53,759 nt of DNA from Nemertoderma westbladi (taxonomy: Eukaryota > Animalia > Xenacoelomorpha), in assembly GCA_032718475.1 (NCBI GenBank), contig JAUCBJ010007288.1:1-53759 (forward strand), read 5' to 3'. The notes under the pieces were generated by a model, which was not told where the DNA came from, did not search any database, and was given only the letters and a program-made list of their open reading frames with translations. The translations under genes were made by a program, and so were the position numbers. Positions 1 to 10,008 of this stretch are shown here, piece by piece; the first letter of the stretch is position 1, and each line of letters opens with the position of its first letter.

Positions 1-1
1 G

Positions 2-289
2 GGACATACACCAGCTGATCAACAGGGGGCGCAAGCTACTCTTGGGTCTGCGTCGTCCACTCCTCGCGCGTTCCCAGACGTTCTACCAACTGTAGCGACA
101 ACTGATCGGTCACGAGGAATTGGTCGAGGTTTTGGGATGCCAAATAGACGAATTTGCGAGGAAATAGTCGCACCGTCTCTCAACGTCCCAAGTAAACCAG
201 TGACTCGCCCCATTAGTCCCATATCGCGAGCAAAGTCACCTGTGCGCAGTTTTCGAGGACGCGGCAGGGCTCGATCCACTAAACGATAA
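2..289 (+). CDS. 3' end of an unidentified ORF entering from the left edge, probably from a mobile element
   Basis: Frame 2 is open from base 2 to TAA at 287-289 (GHTPADQQ...SPVRSFRGRGRARSTKR*). GC-rich against an AT-rich flank and followed directly by a purine tract. Confidence 0.4.
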   Translation, partial: GHTPADQQGAQATLGSASSTPRAFPDVLPTVATTDRSRGIGRGFGMPNRRICEEIVAPSLNVPSKPVTRPISPISRAKSPVRSFRGRGRARSTKR

Positions 290-1324
290 AAGGGAGGGCA
301 AGGGTGGACGGAAGACTCGTGGGCCTTTCTTATGATTTGTGATTTATTTGAATTATATGTTTTATATTTAGAAAGTTTTGTATTCTGAAAGGGACTCATA
401 TTTAGTAAAAACTTATATTTTATATTTGTGCTTATTCCAAACTTATGCAATTTGTATTGTTCCGAATTTATGAAATTTAGAAAGTTTATATTTAGAAGGA
501 ACTTATATTTGAAAAATTTATGTTTCATATTTGAGATGCAAAGGTTTATATTATTCTAAACTTATGCAGTTTATATCTATATTTAGTAAGACTACCCAAA
601 GAGAGTTTATATTTGTAAGAATTTATATTTATATTTGTAATTATTCCAAACTTATGCAATTTATATTATTCCAAACTTATGCAATTTGTATTGTTCCGAA
701 TATTATGCAATTTACATTTTATAAGCAGTATTTGTACCTAAAGAGAAAGTTTTATAGACAGAAAATTTTGTGCTCAGAAAGACTCATATTTGTAATTATT
801 CCAAACCTATGCAATCTACATTTAGGTACGAAAGTATTTGTAATTACTTGAATTTATGCAATATTTGAGATGCAATAGTAGATGGAAGACTTGCGAGCCT
901 TTCTTATTGTTTTCATTTATTTGTATTTGTAATTGTTTGAATTTATGCAATATTTGAGATGCAATAGATTTATATTGGTGAATTTAATTTAGATTTATAT
1001 TGTACTTACTTAGTAAAGCCTTAAATACGTAAAGTTTGAATTTGTAATTATTTTGTATCGAATCATTACGTAGAAAGGAAGTATTGTTTGAAACTTAATT
1101 GTAAATATGTAAGTACGCCCTAAGTATTCTATAGTTTGATTGATTATTGGTGAAAACCGTATATTTTATGCACGATAATATCCTGTTTTCATGGAGCGGT
1201 ATAGAATTATATTCCCTAAATGCCGTGGATTTTCAAAATTTTATTTTATTCGAATTAACTTTGTAAAGATTGCTTTGAGTTCTCATTAGTATTGGTTCTA
1301 TCTATTATGCATCTATCGGTCAAG

Positions 1325-1402
1325 TGGTTCAGTAGCTCAGTTGGTAGAGCGTTGGAAATTATATGTGTAGTAGGTATCGAGTTCGAATCCTAGTAAGTGC
1401 GA
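1325..1402 (+). repeat. tRNA-derived (SINE head or pseudo-tRNA) sequence
   Basis: A box TAGCTCAGTTGGTAGAGC and B box GAGTTCGAATCC, but anticodon and acceptor stems do not pair cleanly. Confidence 0.55.
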
Positions 1403-1469
1403 ATTATTTTTTGTGCAGAATTTCAACTCATTTAAATTAACCGCTACAAATTAATTGCATTTGTCTGTA

Positions 1470-1640
1470 CCAATAAGGCTGTAGTTATTTGATTGTAACC
1501 AATGTCGTGCAAGTTATATATTAGCTGGACCAATAAGCTATCTTTAAAACCTTGTTAGAACCCATAGAACAATCGAGAATTTTCTCGATTGATTGCAGCA
1601 CAAATTTAGTATATAAAGGTGCGATTTCGTTCATTAGTTA
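1470..1640 (+). promoter_or_regulatory. Pol II promoter-like module: triple CCAAT + TATA + Inr-like
   Basis: CCAAT at 1470, 1499 and 1530 (29-31 bp spacing), TATATAAA at 1610, TCATTAGTT at about 1631. Confidence 0.5.
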
Positions 1641-3080
1641 TCTCATCAATCAATCTAATCCATCATTCACTTTCTGTCTTATTTCAGATTACATTGTTTA
1701 TTGTATAATAGTTATTATATCTTTTGTAATAAAGTCAGAAATACTAGTCACATCTCAGCCCTTTTCTATCTGTTTTACTATGGTTTCACTACGGTGAACA
1801 AACTCAGGGACAGGATGGCCGGCTAGAGATCGGGCCGCAGCAATGAACGGGAACATCACGGGAATGTAGACGAGAGACAACCCGCAATACCATCTAGAGT
1901 TATTCGCCCATCGCCTGAAAGGTTAGACAGCGTTCGATCCTTGCTACCTAAGTGTAAGACCAAAAGATCAAAGGTAGACGTAGTGACACGCTGCAAGCCT
2001 AAAATTACATCATAGGGACTGTACTGTCTTGATTCAGGAAAAACCGCAGTAGACCTTCATATTCCTACGGGGGGGGAGAGGGAGAGAGAGCAGATACTAG
2101 TACGCAGATAGGACGTAGGCACACCGGTACAAGGCATACACATTGGTTAGGGTGCAGCAAACTGTACGCTTAACTCTTGCTAAGTACAGGTGTGTGTGCG
2201 ACTATTTGCCGTACAACGGTGTCCGTTACATCAGAACTTGTAGGCTAGGGGGGTTGCTGTGTTTTCACCTGAATTGGGATTGTACCGTTCAGGCGGTAGG
2301 GCAGTTTACGCTAGGCGCAAATAAATTGAGGCTATCAGGGATATACTAACATCTACCGTGTCCCCGCCAACGCCCTAATAGGAAGTTACCCGGACTACCT
2401 GGGTGACTAAAATTCTAGATAGGAGCCAGGATAGCTATTAGTACCCGTACGCCTACAGTAGTAAACTAACACATCTCTTCTTAGTATCAGGGACCTGGTA
2501 CCTAAAATTGCCGAATTCTGGGCGTAGTATTAACCTTATGCCTGAATTTGAGTCCTGGAAATACGCAAGAGGGGAAGGAACCTTATCATTCGTGAGTATT
2601 GGACCTACAAGTTATAAAATTAGAATATTCGTAAAATGCACACCGTACCCAGTAATTATATATGTGAAGGAGCAAAACTGCTTTGACCGTTCAGAATTAA
2701 CACACGCGCGTTAGAAATTATTTACACCTCGAAATATATAAAATTAACTTTCGTCCTTACTGCACTTTGCTCGCTAGTTAGACATCTCCAAATCTGCTCT
2801 ATACCTAGCTAGCGTCCCTTTGCCCAACCATATAAATCACACCGCGGCAAAGTATACGAGCCTCTTAGTCCGTCAGTGAGTCAGCCTGATTTTAGGATTC
2901 GCTGCGCGGGATTTTGTTTTATCGAAGTTTGTCTGCTCGTAGACTGTTTTCTGCCTCACCGGTTAAAAGAGATCGATACTGCAATATATTCGCTTACTTG
3001 GGGTTTACTGTTTTGGTGAGAAGGTCGGATTTATGATTTGATTTACAAACTTTACAGTAGGATATTGCAGGTATTGTTAC

Positions 3081-3211
3081 CGTCTCTTCCGATAGTAGGA
3101 ATAGGCGTATCTCTCCAATTTAATTCTGATTTCTAAATCAAATAATATTTATTGTAACTTAAAGCTGTTCGAAGTTACCGAGAATGAATTCGCTAAAAAT
3201 GGTCTAGGGAC
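3081..3211 (-). CDS. BRIP1: Two candidate small FANCJ exons (3179-3211 and 3081-3132)
   Basis: AG/GT-bounded and phase-compatible with exon 3 (VPRPFLANSFS; KSELNWRDTPIPTIGRD) via 56- and 46-nt introns. No conserved motif and weak acceptors. Confidence 0.25.
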
Positions 3212-3267
3212 CTACATTTTTTTATTTCTTTAGAGCGATCGTCACCGATTGAACTCTATTAACTAAC

Positions 3268-3662
3268 CCTATCGCCATCGCCATAAACAATTCCTTTCCG
3301 ACCTTTATTAGGTCGGGGTTTCGCGAATGTCCCGCGACCACCTTTGTTACGTAACTGATTATCGTACTGGTTCGATTGAAAGTCGTTATCATCTTGGAGA
3401 TGATATGACGAATTGGTGTCATCCTGAGCTTTACATGGCCCCTTCCAGACGAAGTCTACATCACTTTTAGATGCGGAGGGTTTTGAAACAAAATCATCGT
3501 CGTTCATCTGTTTTATTGATGTTGGTAATGAAAGTTTGGATTCTAAGTCATTAGAAACTTCAGTTTTGCTTGGAGATTTCGATGGGATTTCGTCCAACAT
3601 CGATTTGATGGGAGGATTAGACTCAAGTTGAACCATTTTATCTCCCGTTTTGGCCGAAGTAC
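3268..3662 (-). CDS. BRIP1: FANCJ/BRIP1 helicase, coding exon 3 (acidic linker)
   Basis: Acceptor TTTTCATAG at 3663, phase 1 matching exon 2; reads GTSAKTGDKMVQLES...QDDNDFQ...GDGDR (compare human DENDDFQ); donor GTTAGT at 3267. Confidence 0.7.
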
Positions 3663-3685
3663 CTATGAAAATTAAATTAATGTTA

Positions 3686-3955
3686 TAATAATAATATTAA
3701 TTATTTATATAGCGCTTTTCTACGCTCTGCATACTCAAAGCGCTTTTATTATTATTCCCCCAGCAAAGTCAGGTTTCCGTTATACCACTGGGTTGGCGTA
3801 GCACTAATGTCTTAAGTTTCTTGCCTTGGGACACGACAGTGTGAAATTTACACAACGGTGCGAAATTTCTACAGCCTTTAGTCGGATTCGAACCTGCGCC
3901 ACCAAACATTATTGTGTAAACAGTACAGGCGCCGTTTTCACTCGGACATTGCGAC
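3686..3955 (-). mobile_element. tRNA-derived SINE with L2-type 3' tail
   Basis: Minus strand: A box TGTCCGAGTG, B box GGTTCGAATCC, CORE-like GTGTCCCAAGGCAAGAAACTTAA, L2-like end AAGCGCTTTGAG...AAAGCGCTATATAAAT, then (ATT)n. Confidence 0.7.
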
Positions 3956-4152
3956 ATAAATTGATCATCATAACGAATCATCATAACATTGATCATAAAT
4001 TTATCATCATAACCAAAATGGTTGATATAGTGTACGTACGCGCTCTATGGCGCTTGAGTGAGTGCGAGAATAACAAAACACCTCCAACAGCAGTCAACCA
4101 ATCAGCAGCAACCACCAACCTTAAGCCTACTTAAGCCAACCAATTTACAACC

Positions 4153-6250
4153 TTAATGGGGGGGGGGGGGGGGGGGGGGGGTATACCCCCCCATGAACCT
4201 TTTTTTAAAATGGCTGTCAAATAGTGTTAAATGATAATATTGCTATTTTGTCATGGTCAACAACTGTATGGAAGGCCAAATAGCCTTTATAGTAAAATTT
4301 GAAAATTTGTAGCCTCCCCCTAGCGGCTGGCGGCGGAATTAAAGATTTCACTAAAATTGCTACTAGTCCCTCAATTTTGATCCAAATTTCTTGAAACCAA
4401 CTTTTTTGGACTCAGCGTGATCGACTCTACAAAAGTTATCTTATAGAATTTTTAATTAGCCATTTTTATTTTAATTAATTATTTAATTAATTAATTATCA
4501 TATTTTTAATTAAAATTGGCTAATTATAAAAAATGGTAATATTTATCAAAATTCCATAAGATAACTTTTAAAGAGCTTCCAAAGCTCGTTCGAATGAGCC
4601 ATAAAAGAAGAAAATTGGTTGAAAAATGACGGAGGAGTAGTAATTTGAAAATGAAAAATGTCATTCCGAGAAAATGCCCTTCAAAGTTTAAACCGTCCCG
4701 CCAAAACTGGCTGTCTGCGTTCTGGTTGGTTAATTATTTCTGGCACGAATGATGCACACCAACGAGCTAAAATGTTCATTACGGGGGTTTTCGGGGTCGC
4801 TGATTTCATTTCCGATGTCAGTTTTAATTTTTGGTGGAATCTAGTTTATCTGTCTGACTGTCGGTCTTCTGTCTTTCTTACAATTTGACGGACAGACCGT
4901 CATACGGAAAAACAGTGATAACTCGAGAACTGAAAGAGGTCTCACTAAGCGGTTTTCAGATTTGTAATCCTCATTAAATTCTGCTCTAGGTGAAATAAAG
5001 AAACAACAATTTGAAAATTTTACATTTTTTTAAAAAAAAAGGGTATTTTTTTTATTTTTTTTTATTTCATCTCGAGTAGATTATTATAAAGATTACAAAT
5101 TTGAAAACCGTTTAGCAAGATCTGTCTTACTTCTCGAGATATGGCTGACTGTCCGTTTTACTGTCGGTTTGTCGGTCAGTATGTCTGTCCGTCAATAAAA
5201 ACCGTACTATCTAAAATGTCTATGTCTAAAAAATTCCCTGTATGGGTTTTCGTGGTCGGTGACTTCATTTCTGATGTCATTAATCAAATTTGGCCTTGTC
5301 GGTTCTGTCTGTATGCCTGTCAGCTCTGTCAAAATATAACCGACAGTCTGACAGCCAAACAGACAATTTGGAAGTCATCAAATGTTAAAATTGACACTCG
5401 AAATTAATTCTGCGACCAGGAAAACCCCTATAGCTAAACTTTTAGCTTAATGGTGTGCCTTTTTCTTATATTTGACAGACAGATAGTCGGATAGTCAGAA
5501 AGACCGACAGACAGACATACAGACAAACTAGATTTCATTAAAATTGAAAACTGACCTCAGAAATGAAATCAGCGACCAGGAAAACCCCCATAGCAAAAAT
5601 CTTAGAATGGTTTTGATGCTTTCTTGTTGATAGATATATATATTGACAGACTTTCTCACATATTAACAGACAATTTTTTGCGCGGGGAAGGTGCAAATTT
5701 CAAAGGCAATTATCTCGGAATGGTATTTTTTTCATTTCAACGAATTTTAAAAGGCTACTCCTCTGCCAATTTTTAATATTTTTTCATGAAATTTTGACAG
5801 AGTAACCATACATGCCTCGTATCTTCAAAAGTATTGGTCAGAATTTTAAAATTTTGATCCTAACTAATTTTATTGGCTTCGAAATGTGAAAAATGCTAAT
5901 TTTTTTTTAAAAAATAGGAATATAATAAATTAATTTGATCATAAAATTGGAAATAATTAATATCACAAACTTTTGACCAATACTTTTATGCAACCATATA
6001 TCCTAAGTTATAAATACAAAACAACTAGTTATAGAACTAATGTTTGTACGAAGAGTAGTGTTTTGAGTAATAGTAATAATTTTATGATAATAAATAGCAC
6101 TAAATTATTATAACTATATTACAAAAAAAAATATTTTTAAAACAACCTTCAGTTAGCCTATCGATTGACCCATATACCAAAAATTGGACAAAGCCTCGCC
6201 CTGTTACCATTGGTTACCATTGGTTTCATTGTCTGTGTCATTATAGCGCT

Positions 6251-6286
<36 letters not shown>
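4153..6286. mobile_element. About 2.1-kb non-autonomous foldback element bounded by G24 and C35 tracts
   Basis: Inverted arms: 4645-4707 vs 5677-5740, 4785-4870 vs 5497-5588, 4915-5000 vs 5060-5140. G24 at 4158-4181 and C35 at 6252-6286. Confidence 0.6.
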
Positions 6287-7201
6287 ACCTAGTAATTTGA
6301 CAATTAACTAGTCCTGCTGTTTGTAAAATTCACTCCACCTTACCCCCACTCACAAATTTTAGTTTTATACAAATATTAATGTGATCGCTTGTAATTTGAA
6401 CAGGTTCGCATTTAAACATTTTGTTTTCGAAAAGCTTTCGGAAAAAGTGCCTGCATTGATTACCAATTCCACCGCAACTATATATTTTTTCCCGAATGCT
6501 ACTTTTGGGAAGGTGACGTTAAGGATTCCAAATCTGATAAACATGGTGATAATTAGGGATGTCCCGGAATTCCGTTCCGGCCGGAATTCCGGCGGTTTTT
6601 ACCCGATTCCGGTTCCGGCCGGAATTGCCGGAATGGGGTCAATTCCGGCCGGAATTTTACCGGAATTACCAGGTTCCTAACTAGTTTGATAGTTGAAATT
6701 AGTTTGTTAAATTATTATCAACATTTATATATTTTTTAAACATTATTACCAATTAGTTTAAAATTGTAAAAAACTTGTAAAAAAAGTATAGAAATGAAGT
6801 TTTCTTCGACCGTTAGAGCTAACATTTAAGGATGCAAGGCATAGATGCCCCATGGTTAGCCCCTTCAAACCATTCGTGCTAAATATAAAACTGCATTGGC
6901 CCACATGCAGGGATCGAACCCACGACCTCCAGATAGATTGGAAATCAATGCAACCACTATTACCATGCACCAAGGTGGAATCTAACTAACCTATCTAACG
7001 AGGGAAAATTCACAGCCACCCTGTTTAGTTTATTAAAGTGAATGCAGTCTTGATGGGTATATGTAACACATTTACAAAAAAAATTCACCTGAGTAATGAA
7101 ACTAAAATGGTCCCACCATATGTTACACCACCTACTGTATCATTCATATACAATTCACAATAACCATCGTAATTTACATTAACTAATGAAATGCATCAAT
7201 A

Positions 7202-7516
7202 GGCCCGTGTCCCACTGGTCAGAATGTCAAAATGAATGCCTCCTTGCTCAATAGGTAACACGAGTCTTAAGTCATTTGATAAAAAATATAAGATGCGTCT
7301 CACATTTACTGCATATTTATACCCAAAGTAACCACAGGCATCTTGCCGGATATAACACATGATTCATATGTCAAAAGATGGAACATGGGACATAATCACT
7401 TACGACTCATCGGTCGTAACTTACGATTTACCAGTGGAGACGCTCCCCTTGAAAACAATGTGTTCCATAATTTATTCTGACTAAGACAACATAAGACTTA
7501 CAGTGGAGCACGGGCC
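7202..7516. mobile_element. Harbinger-like MITE nested in the hAT element
   Basis: TIRs GGCCCGTGTCCCACTG / CAGTGGAGCACGGGCC; counterpart at about 41436-41804. Confidence 0.6.
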
Positions 7517-7699
7517 CTAAATAGAGGTTTTTCCAATTTGCTTATTACAATCTGCTTATAAAATGACGTTTTTTAGATTGATCTTACAATATTTTACATT
7601 GATTTTATATTATTTTACTATTTTTTTTACTATTTTATTATTTTATTTTTTTACTTTTATTAATTATTAAATAATATGACAATATTATGATTGGTATTG

Positions 7700-7855
7700 T
7701 CATTGTCCAACGTAACATATAGGATGACTCCCAAAGATTGACAGCTTATTTCCATGGGGATCCTTTATGTTACTTGGTTACAAATACAATATTACACAAT
7801 TACAATTACTACTCTAACCTAAAACTAATATAAAACGTTATTACAATACGTACAG
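7700..7855 (-). mobile_element. 3' UTR fragment of the 2A-bearing LINE family, captured in the hAT element
   Basis: Aligns with 23711-23850 (ATTGTCCAAC..ACATATAGGAT..CAGCTTATTTCCA..TCCTTTATGTTACTTGGTTACAAATACAATATTACAC). Confidence 0.8.
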
Positions 7856-8759
7856 GTCCTGCGAGTGGTCGTTAGTTCAGTCCTGCGTCGCAGGTGCTGC
7901 ATACTATAGTAGTTTAATTTCTATTTACAGCAAAGCCATTTCTTATCATAAATCTATTTATTCCCAGCAATAATTAAACTGTAACATGTATACTATTTAT
8001 TGGCCTCGTTTATTGTTTTGGTTCGAATAACATGTCACAGTAACATGCTCCTTTCCCTTAAAGACACCAGGATATTGCACCAAAGGATCTAATGACGCGA
8101 AACCATATATTTTTGGTTAACGAGGGTTTTTAGGTATGAGTCTGAATGCTAAAAACTTTAGAAAAAAATTATATTGAATTCCCTGTCGTTCAATGCCGAA
8201 GTACCATCCCGTCCCCATAAAGGCCCAGGCCATTCTCCACTCCCCCCAACTCAATTCCCACCAAGGTTCTGATTCCACTCATTATCAATCTTAGCTGTAG
8301 AAATTAAAAAAAAAACATTTGTTTCACAAAAAATTATAAAGTTTCATGGTCATTTAGTGTATTTCACTATTTATAGAAAATTCCGGTTCCGGCCGGAATT
8401 CCGGCCGGAATATTCCGGCATGTTGAATTCCGGTTCCGGTTCCGGCCGGAATCAAAATATCGATTCCGGGACATCCCTAGGTGTAATTAATAATACTGTC
8501 GTTATATATTTGCTATGTTTATATCACACCATTCCTACGTTCTACTCTTTCACTCTCTCTTTCCACCTACTCTGGTAAGTAATTAAAATTAATAACAAGT
8601 TTTCCCAAACGGTAATCTAATCTAATGGTTTTAGAAGGTTTACCATTCCACTAGGTCGGGGGGGGGGGGGGTAACGATGGGTTGGTGTTTCCTCTTTCAA
8701 TTACAGCGATTTCTTTATTTTTTAATTTAATGGTGTAATGAAAGATAACAAAGAATTAC

Positions 8760-8822
8760 CTGGCACACTTGAGGGAACTTCTGTATTTGCTTTGATTGAG
8801 TGACATTTACAGTCGCAAACAT
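8760..8822 (-). CDS. BRIP1: FANCJ/BRIP1 helicase, coding exon 2
   Basis: 63-nt phase 1/1 exon, TTTCAG acceptor and GTAATT donor; encodes DVCDCKCHSIK..., matching the CCACHSK segment of vertebrate FANCJ. Confidence 0.8.
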
Positions 8823-9138
8823 CTGAAACAGAAATATAATTCAATCGCGATTAATTATTTATTTAAGAGATATATCAATAGAAAGTTCTATTAATATTTA
8901 AATTTACATGTTTTCTTTCATAATCTATGTACACAAATCGCAAGATGGTATAATAAAATATGGGGCCGTTCTGTGTGTGATGAAGTCTTGACTAACTGGA
9001 TATCTGCACTCTGCAGGTCACTAAAACCTCATTTACATTTTAATATTCCAGACATACACTTCCAGGCTGCGAGGTTACAGTAAATACAGGTGCTAGCCTA
9101 CATTCAGTACCCAAAACAATTTAGGCACAGCTGCTCAC

Positions 9139-9385
9139 CTTTATAAGCGGCTTTCTCAGCAGTCTCGCTTTTCTCTCTCTGTGATTTCTGCCACGCCAAA
9201 CAGGCGCACAGCAAGGCGAGACTCTTCCCGCTGCCAGTCGGGCTCTCTATGAGACAGTTCTCACCCGCCGTAATTCCGCGAATGAGTTTATTCATCATAG
9301 ATAGTTGGCCGGGGTAGGCCTTGTAGGGGAAGCTCACCTTCACGCCACTGATAGTGTAATCTGTTTGAGTGGATGAGGTCGGCAT
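9139..9385 (-). CDS. BRIP1: FANCJ/BRIP1 DEAH helicase, coding exon 1
   Basis: YTISGVKVSFPYKAYPGQLSMM (Q motif) and ESPTGSGKSLALLC (Walker A) match the FANCJ N-terminus; donor AG|GTGAG at 9138. Confidence 0.9.
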
Positions 9386-9480
9386 GGTGAATACTTTTAG
9401 GTAAATAATAAAAAAAAACTACCGATATTCAAGAGGATGAAATATAATTAATTTTTATACAGCCGAACCAGTCCAAAATT

Positions 9481-10008
9481 TTACGTCGCGTATTTTTTTG
9501 TCCACTCTCTGGCGTTTTGCTCGAATTTGCCTCGATCCAGGATATATTCCCTTGCGATGGCGTTAACCTGATAGCCTTGCGTTGAACGCGCGTCGCATCG
9601 AGGAGATATCATTAAACCCACGATCCCGTTGAGTATGTCGACCACCGTGTTGGAGGAAGACCAACCCTCCGCGAGTAAGGGCAGACCCACAACACCGTCT
9701 CCTCGGATGTTGACGTGAAATATTCGCGTTTTAAATACAACTTTGGGGGGTTTAAAGGGATAATCCAAGGGGAAAGACAAATCTATGAAGAATATTCCTC
9801 CCTCGTAAAGCGATTCTGGAGGGCCCTCAATAGCGCAGACCCACTCACATAAAGAGTCCCCTTTGGGGCCGGCGAAACAATGTTCGGGAGGATTGCTTGT
9901 TATCCTGGACAGCTCCAACTGCAGTCGTTTCAGTCTGGATGGGAGTCCCACAGACGGACTACTGGAAATCGGTGTATAATCGCTAGAATTAATACTTCCC
10001 GCAGACAT
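9481..10008 (-). CDS. Intronless UBE2E-like ubiquitin-conjugating enzyme variant lacking the catalytic Cys (175 aa)
   Basis: UBE2E hallmarks: Ser-rich N-extension, AGPKGD, YEGG, YPFKPPKV, WTKKYAT. Active site HCNINSQGVICLD is HVNIRGDGVVGLP here (Gly108, codon GGT at 9685-9687). Confidence 0.85.
   Translation of the reverse strand: MSAGSINSSDYTPISSSPSVGLPSRLKRLQLELSRITSNPPEHCFAGPKGDSLCEWVCAIEGPPESLYEGGIFFIDLSFPLDYPFKPPKVVFKTRIFHVNIRGDGVVGLPLLAEGWSSSNTVVDILNGIVGLMISPRCDARSTQGYQVNAIAREYILDRGKFEQNAREWTKKYAT

Larger units (their letters stand above)
305..1780 (+). mobile_element. Possible LTR (U3-R-U5-like) of a retroelement inside a FANCJ intron
   Basis: Purine tract AAAAGGGAGGGCAAGGG then TG at 305; internal direct repeats (TTATTCCAAACTTATGCAAT at about 432, 642, 667); CCAAT x3, TATA, AATAAA at 1728-1733; TGG at 1781. 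No canonical CA end and no recognisable PBS. Confidence 0.35.
6554..8479. mobile_element. Non-autonomous hAT-type element, copy 1
   Basis: TIR TAGGGATGTCCCGGAAT...ATTCCGGGACATCCCTA; subterminal CCGGAATT arrays; degenerate TSD GGTG(A)TAAT/GGTGTAAT; second copy inverted at 40029-42256. Confidence 0.85.

Noticed and set aside
19-528. 169-aa minus-strand ORF as a FANCJ exon
   Set aside because: No helicase motif Ia (TRTH) or Fe-S cysteines; half is AT-rich repeat and half is antisense to a more plausible plus-strand ORF.
1325-1402. Functional tRNA gene
   Set aside because: A and B boxes are present but the cloverleaf stems are not.
1781-1799. Definite primer-binding site
   Set aside because: It starts with TGG, but its complement matches no tRNA 3' end I recognise.
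9386-9480. Stop-codon readthrough fusing the E2 to FANCJ
   Set aside because: The 95-nt spacer is not a multiple of 3, so the frames differ.
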